Positions 15,825 through 20,844 of a stretch of DNA of 20,844 bases are shown here, piece after piece. The notes under the pieces were generated by a model. That model was not told the origin of the DNA. It saw nothing but the letters and a program-made list of their open reading frames with translations, and made no database searches. The stretch is from assembly GCA_964452145.1 (NCBI GenBank), contig CAYVLA010000055.1:1-20844 (forward strand), given 5' to 3'. The position numbers and the translations under genes were made by a program. How positions within the stretch are numbered: the first letter of the stretch is position 1; every line of letters begins with the position of its first letter. The DNA is from Candidatus Hadarchaeota archaeon. Lineage in GTDB: Archaea > CAYQAE01 > CAYVLA01.

Positions 15825-16790
15825 CTACCTTCTGGAAGCCAAGGCCTTCTGTCCCCACAGGGGATCCTTCAGAAGGGCCCTCCCAACGGCGACCATGTCA
15901 ACCCCCCATCGCTCGATCACGGACTCAGCCTCCTGGAGGCTCGCCACTCCGCCCACTGCCACAACCGGCAGGCCGGTGGCATCCTTGACCGCCCTCGCTG
16001 CATAGGCGAAATAACCCGGGCCGTGAAGGCCCTGGGGCCTAGAGCCGCACATCCCGCCCGAGACATCGATCACGTCGACACCCTCCGAGGCCAACAGCTT
16101 GGCCATCGCCGCACCTTCCTTGGCCGTGTTGCCCCCCGGGGTCCGATCATCCGCCCCCAAGCGGTACCACAGCTGGGCCCGGTCCCCAGTTTCTTGCTTG
16201 ACCCTCCTGACCACCTCGATCGGGAATCGCATCCGGTTCTCCAGGTTGCCTCCGTAGCCATCAGTCCGCCTGTTCGCCAGGGGGGATGAGAACTGGCACA
16301 GCAGGAAGCCGTGCGATCCGTGGATCTCGACGGCATCGAAGCCGGCCCTGACTGCCCTGGAGGCTGCCAGGCCGAAGGCCTCCGTTATCCCCTGTATCTC
16401 TTCCCGGGATAGCGCCCTGGCCCCCTCCAATGCCGAGGGACCTACCGGCTCAGTACCGATCAAGGCCGGATCACACCTCATCCCTGCATGGTTGATCTGG
16501 ATGCCGACCGGCGTCCCGGTCGCTCTCACTGCCTTCGCCAGCGTGCCTAGGCCTTGAACAAGCCGATCATCATGGACCCCGGGTTGTCTGGGAGACAGCC
16601 TGCCGTCAGGCCTCACGTATGAGTGTTCAACCATGATCATGCCGAGCCAGGGGGCCCGAGTTGAGTAGTGCTGGATCAGCTCCTCGGTAACCTCGCCAGA
16701 CTCGGTGGCAAGCTCCGTGTTCATAGGAGGCATTACGATTCGATTCCTCAAGATCAGGCGTCCTATGACCGCGCGTTCCAGAATCCTCAC
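15825..16790 (-). CDS. NADH:flavin oxidoreductase / Old Yellow Enzyme family, single domain
   Basis: LRNRIVMPPM, QINHAG, AGFDAVEIHGSHGFLLCQF.SP..NRRTD.YGG.LENR.RF, VAVGRALL.DP. GGAAGGTGA upstream of the GTG start. Confidence 0.95.
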   Translation of the reverse strand: MRILERAVIGRLILRNRIVMPPMNTELATESGEVTEELIQHYSTRAPWLGMIMVEHSYVRPDGRLSPRQPGVHDDRLVQGLGTLAKAVRATGTPVGIQINHAGMRCDPALIGTEPVGPSALEGARALSREEIQGITEAFGLAASRAVRAGFDAVEIHGSHGFLLCQFSSPLANRRTDGYGGNLENRMRFPIEVVRRVKQETGDRAQLWYRLGADDRTPGGNTAKEGAAMAKLLASEGVDVIDVSGGMCGSRPQGLHGPGYFAYAARAVKDATGLPVVAVGGVASLQEAESVIERWGVDMVAVGRALLKDPLWGQKALASRR

Positions 16791-16910
16791 TCATTCACCT
16801 TCCTTGAAGCCACCAGGGCGATGGAGATGCCCTGTCGGTCTCCCTCCTCGTTGCTGAAGTATTTTGCCCAACGTGGCATGAATCGCGGCAGTTACGCCTT
16901 TGAGTAACCA

Positions 16911-18170
16911 TCATGAAAGCCGGGTGGTCTGTACCCCCCTGTAGTACCTTCTTCGAACCATCAGGCCGTAGACCAGAACCCCGCAGACCATCAGGGTCCC
17001 TGTCACGCTCGTCCACTCGACCAGATAGATCCACATCATCACCGCCCTCTTCTCCCTGAGCGCGATCTCCGATGCCTCGTTGAGAAGGTCGAAGGCAACC
17101 GAGAGCTGTACGGCCGTGGCGTCATAGTCCTGGTCGAGATACAGCTCCTCGGCCCACGCTCTCACCCGATCAGCCTCGTTCAGGGTGTTCTCGGCACGAA
17201 CCAGATTGGCTCCCAGTGCGTCCACGAACTCCATCACGGAGATCTGAAGAGACCTTCTGGTGATGTAGTCCCTGAACCGGATGCGCATCTGGTGCACGAG
17301 TGCGGCGTCCTGCGGAAGCTCCCAGCCCACGCTGTACCATATGATGTTCATCAAAACGTCCGTCTGCAGATCGCCTTTGATCTGTCCGTAGTACATCCCG
17401 CACCAGAACGGGTTGACGAAGTTGTCGCACAGGGTCCATGTTGAACCCTTCATGTAATCATAGTGCATCAACCACGGCGACCTGCTGGGGGAACCTGGGA
17501 TGTCCACGAAAGCCCCCAAAGCGTCCGCGACCACCACCGAGCCCTCCTTGGGAACGACGTGAAACAGGCCCAACGCCGGGATCTGCTCCAGCCCAAGCGG
17601 GATCAGTGGTGCCAGCACCTGATGGGATGCCGATCGGCTGACCTGCAGGCGGTACGGAGCATTCGAGTAGCTGACCTTGCCAGTCTGCAGGACCTTCTCG
17701 GCGTCGTTGGCGAAGATGTCGCTCATGCCCGAGCCAACCCAGTACTCGGCATCCGCAAGGTCGTTGATCCCCTTCATTCGCAGGCCGCCTTGATCGGTGA
17801 GGGCCGAGCATTCCCCCTCGGCGACGACCTGTCTGAGCCAGGATATCTGCCTGAGCGTCAGCGGGACGATGTACGGAATGGAGTACATGATGAAGTCGTA
17901 CTGCCTGAGCGTTTCGTAGGTCCGAGGGAAGTACTGGTTCACGTACCGTCTCGCCTCGGCATCGCCCAGTGGCACGGCGTAGCTGCCCGTTGTCGGAACC
18001 ATCACGTACCTGACTGACGGGTCGGGATCGAGAAAGGTGATGAGCGGATTGTAGGAGGAGACCACGTGGCCTATCAGGAGCAGGTCTATCCGCTCAGCGC
18101 CGCTGACGCAGGACAGGGAGACGAGGACAAGGAGCGCTGCAAGCCGACCTCTTCGGGAGGACATGCCCAT
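16911..18170 (-). CDS. Secreted, C-terminally anchored GATase1-like protein, paralog 2
   Basis: Signal peptide MSSRRGRLAALLVLVSLSCVSG; YFPRTYETLRQYDFI, KEGSVVVA, PWLM..DYMKGS; stalk; WIYLVEW-TM-LMVRRRYYRGV. Confidence 0.85.
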   Translation of the reverse strand: MGMSSRRGRLAALLVLVSLSCVSGAERIDLLLIGHVVSSYNPLITFLDPDPSVRYVMVPTTGSYAVPLGDAEARRYVNQYFPRTYETLRQYDFIMYSIPYIVPLTLRQISWLRQVVAEGECSALTDQGGLRMKGINDLADAEYWVGSGMSDIFANDAEKVLQTGKVSYSNAPYRLQVSRSASHQVLAPLIPLGLEQIPALGLFHVVPKEGSVVVADALGAFVDIPGSPSRSPWLMHYDYMKGSTWTLCDNFVNPFWCGMYYGQIKGDLQTDVLMNIIWYSVGWELPQDAALVHQMRIRFRDYITRRSLQISVMEFVDALGANLVRAENTLNEADRVRAWAEELYLDQDYDATAVQLSVAFDLLNEASEIALREKRAVMMWIYLVEWTSVTGTLMVCGVLVYGLMVRRRYYRGVQTTRLS

Positions 18171-18194
18171 CTGAGCTCGATGGAGAGTCGCTGG

Positions 18195-18204
18195 GTGATA
18201 AATC
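18195..18204 (-). promoter_or_regulatory. TATA-like box of paralog 2
   Basis: Minus strand GATTTATCAC about 27 nt upstream of ATG 18170, consistent with a leaderless transcript. Confidence 0.5.
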
Positions 18205-18447
18205 TGTAAGCCGTCCGTGACAATGGACTACGCAGCGCTTGGGCTTTATCGGATCCGGTGGCAAGGCTTGACGCCAAGATGCCGGCCTACCAACCCTAGC
18301 CCTGCTTGCGCAGGGTGTGCCGTACCGGCCCATGATGGACACCACTTCGCCAGAAGATGTCCGGGAACCGGCACCGTGCCATCCGTCTGCAGCACGGGAA
18401 GGATCACTGCACTCACCACCGAGGCGCCAAGTCGAGCTGAACGTATC

Positions 18448-19692
18448 TCATCCCGCTCTGGTGACCGATACCTCCCTGTAAAGCCTCCTCCTGATCATCA
18501 GGCTCCACAGCGTGAATCCGGTCACCATGCACGTGCCCATAACGGCTAACCACTCCACAACGTATATCCAGAACAGCGCCCGGTCCTTCATCTGCAGGGA
18601 GTTAGCCGACACTTCTCTGAGGCCTTCGAAGGCCTCATCAATTCGCTCTATGCTCTCGGCATACCGTTCCTCCAGATACAGTCTGTCCGCAACCCTCTTC
18701 ATCCCGTCGACCCCTGACAGCTCCTCGTAGAGCTTGCGGGTCGAAACGCCGAACCTCTCAACGAACTCTATCACCGACGTGGCCATGCTTCTTTCCGAGT
18801 TGTACTTCAGTGACCTTTCCCTCAGCTGGTGGACTAGCTCGGCATCCTTGGGTATATCCAACGCGGCCAGATACCACATCTGGTTTATCCAGAAGTCCAC
18901 TGCGTAGGGCCACTCCACGAGGGCCGTCCCGTCTATCTTATCATGCCCGGGCAGACAGGTCAGCGAGCGGCCCTTTCCATAGGTCCAGATGATCATCGCA
19001 TCCTCGCCCTTCGGTTTGAACCTGGCAATGACCGCTGCGCCTTCGCGCGGGTCCTCGTATCCGTAGGTGCCGGAGATGAGGACCCTGTATCGACCCATGT
19101 TGGGCAGATCCAGCATCGGATGGGGACGGCCGGTGTCCGGCAGATTCAGGGCATATATGCCCTCCAGAGGACCGGGTATCACGATATCAGGGCGGAGATC
19201 GGCTGGGAAGGCCGGATACACGGCCGACGCTATGAACCGGCCGAAGGTCGAGAAGTGGCCCGGATCGTAGTTCATCTCGTACTTGCCAAGGCCCATGCCC
19301 TCCTCCCTGCACGACTTCTCCATCCAGACGAACTGCTGGTCGGTGATCACGTCCACCTCGAAGTCGGAAAGAAGGATCACATCGTAGGAGTCCAGCAGCT
19401 TGTCGTAGCTGCGGGGCATGTACTGCCTCATGAACTTGAGCACATCCTGCTTGGATGCTCCCACCGATGCGAAGGTTGACTCGTACCAGTTGGCCGGGAT
19501 GGGCTGATACCTGATCCTCGGGTCGGCCGCCAGAATCAGGGGAAGTGGTGTCTCGGGGTAGTAAGACTCCCCGATGCAGACCACCCTGATCAGGCCGGTG
19601 GAAGGGTCCACTTTGCCCCAGGCCATGAAGGGAACCACCAGCATAAGCAAAGATGCGGACAAAGCGAGTCTGGATGGGATTCTGATCTCCAT
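18448..19692 (-). CDS. Secreted, C-terminally anchored GATase1-like protein, paralog 3
   Basis: Signal peptide ending MAWG; YMPRSYDKLLDSYDVILLSD, HP, REGAAVIA, WTYGKGRS and WPY..DFWINQ.WYL fit the DUF1355/GATase1-like consensus as I recall it; WIYVVEW-TM-LMIRRRLYREV. Confidence 0.87.
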   Translation of the reverse strand: MEIRIPSRLALSASLLMLVVPFMAWGKVDPSTGLIRVVCIGESYYPETPLPLILAADPRIRYQPIPANWYESTFASVGASKQDVLKFMRQYMPRSYDKLLDSYDVILLSDFEVDVITDQQFVWMEKSCREEGMGLGKYEMNYDPGHFSTFGRFIASAVYPAFPADLRPDIVIPGPLEGIYALNLPDTGRPHPMLDLPNMGRYRVLISGTYGYEDPREGAAVIARFKPKGEDAMIIWTYGKGRSLTCLPGHDKIDGTALVEWPYAVDFWINQMWYLAALDIPKDAELVHQLRERSLKYNSERSMATSVIEFVERFGVSTRKLYEELSGVDGMKRVADRLYLEERYAESIERIDEAFEGLREVSANSLQMKDRALFWIYVVEWLAVMGTCMVTGFTLWSLMIRRRLYREVSVTRAG

Positions 19693-19716
19693 CCCGAGCC
19701 AAGGAGTCCCGGGACC

Positions 19717-19723
19717 TTATAAA
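19717..19723 (-). promoter_or_regulatory. TATA box of paralog 3
   Basis: Minus strand TTTATAA about 25 nt upstream of ATG 19692 (leaderless). Confidence 0.75.
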
Positions 19724-19871
19724 CCTGACCCAGACGCCATGGGATGTCGGGTTACCTGAGCCCGTCCTAACAGTACCCAGTGGCTTGACGCGCCAGAAGC
19801 CACCTTGCCTGACTCCCTCCAACCTCGGCAGGATGAAGCCAGCATAGACCGGGAGATGCCGAAACGCTCTC

Positions 19872-20844
19872 CTATCGTGCCCGCGTGACCGAGACCTCCC
19901 TGTAAAGCCTTCTCCGGACCATAAGAGACCACAGCAGGAACCCGGTGACCATGCAGGTCCCCGTCACCGCAAACCATTCGACCATGTAGATCCATAGGAG
20001 CGCCCTGTCCTTCATCTCCACGGCGTTGGTGGACACTTTCCGAAGGCCGTCGAAGGCCTTCTCCATCTCGTCCAAGCTCTCTGCGTACCTGTCCTCCAGG
20101 TAAAGCCTGTCAGCCTGCTTCTTGACGGCGTCCACCTTGGATAGCTCCTCGTACAACGTCCGAGTCGAAACGCCGAACTTCTCAACGAACTCGATGACCG
20201 ACAGAGCCAGACCCCTCTCGGCGATGTATTTCATCGAGTCCTCCCTGACCCTGTGGATGGCCTCGATGTCCTCGGGGATATCCAGGCCGGCCAGGTGCCA
20301 CACCTGGTTAATCCAGAAGTCCACGACATAGGGCCACTCCTTGATGGCCACTCCGTCTATCTTATCATGCCCGGGCAGACAGGTCAGCGAGCGGCCCTTT
20401 CCATACGTCCAGATGATCATCGCATCCTCGCCCTTCGGTTTGAACTTGGCCACAACCGTCGACCCTTCGCGTGCATCCTCATATCCGTACGACCCTGAGG
20501 TAAGGATCTGGTACCTGCTCATGGATGGCAGGTCCAGCACGGGATGCGGGCGGCCGGTCTCGGCGAGTTTCACGGCGTATATGCCCAGAAGAGGGGTCGG
20601 TATGGTCTGGCGCCTCAACGTGGCGGGGAAGGCCGGGTAGACTGCGGATGCAACGAACAGATCTATGGTCGAGAAATAGCTCGGATCGTAGTTCATCTCG
20701 TACTTGCCAAGGCCCATGCCCTCCTCCCTGCACGATCTCTCCATCCAGACGAACTGCTCATTGGTTATGACGTCCACCTCGAAGTCGGAAAGAAGGATCA
20801 CATCGTAGGAGTCCAGCAGCTTGTCGTAGCTGCGGGGCATGTAC
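19872..20844 (-). CDS. GATase1-like anchored protein, paralog 4; 5' end outside window; tandem duplicate of paralog 3
   Basis: Frame is open to the window edge. The ATG at 20840 is the internal YMPR Met. About 75% aa identity to paralog 3 by manual count. Confidence 0.88.
   Translation of the reverse strand, partial: YMPRSYDKLLDSYDVILLSDFEVDVITNEQFVWMERSCREEGMGLGKYEMNYDPSYFSTIDLFVASAVYPAFPATLRRQTIPTPLLGIYAVKLAETGRPHPVLDLPSMSRYQILTSGSYGYEDAREGSTVVAKFKPKGEDAMIIWTYGKGRSLTCLPGHDKIDGVAIKEWPYVVDFWINQVWHLAGLDIPEDIEAIHRVREDSMKYIAERGLALSVIEFVEKFGVSTRTLYEELSKVDAVKKQADRLYLEDRYAESLDEMEKAFDGLRKVSTNAVEMKDRALLWIYMVEWFAVTGTCMVTGFLLWSLMVRRRLYREVSVTRAR

Larger units (their letters stand above)
19349..20844. 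repeat. Direct repeat blocks between paralogs 3 and 4 (span shown covers the 75-nt pair)
   Basis: 19349-19423 equals 20770-20844 (75 nt identical); 19261-19314 equals 20682-20735 (54 nt identical); 18929-19021 vs 20353-20445 (93 nt, 1 mismatch). Confidence 0.9.

Noticed and set aside
16814..18315. 6-bp hairpins at 16814-16834 and 18300-18315, considered as riboswitch, SECIS or terminator
   Set aside because: Too short, with no conserved RNA motif, no U-tract and no in-frame UGA gene; expected by chance at this GC content.
18448..20844. Diversity-generating retroelement TR/VR pair
   Set aside because: Both copies are coding paralogs, the differences are not adenine-specific, and no reverse transcriptase is in the window.

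Overview
GC-rich archaeal window, judged from TATA/BRE promoters, many apparently leaderless genes, an archaeal RecJ/GAN-type DHH nuclease, an aVLRF1-type release factor and a Rad50-type ATPase. The lineage cannot be assigned from sequence alone. It holds 17 probable CDSs. One is a DHH nuclease (1219 to <1, minus strand) that is missing from the ORF track because it runs off the window edge. I found no tRNA, rRNA, CRISPR array or transposase. Main points: (1) four paralogs of an uncharacterised secreted GATase1-like (DUF1355-like) protein share a helical stalk and a conserved W-x-Y-x-V-E-W...RRR-x-YR-x-V membrane anchor, and two tandem copies show patchy perfect DNA identity suggestive of gene conversion; (2) a short zinc-hook Rad50-like ATPase with a variant LSVGE signature has no adjacent Mre11 and is instead coupled to an 88-aa acidic helical protein; (3) a surface-anchored metallophosphoesterase is fused to CARDB domains, a starch-binding-like module and a VPE sorting signal. 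All family calls come from motif recognition by eye, not database searches.
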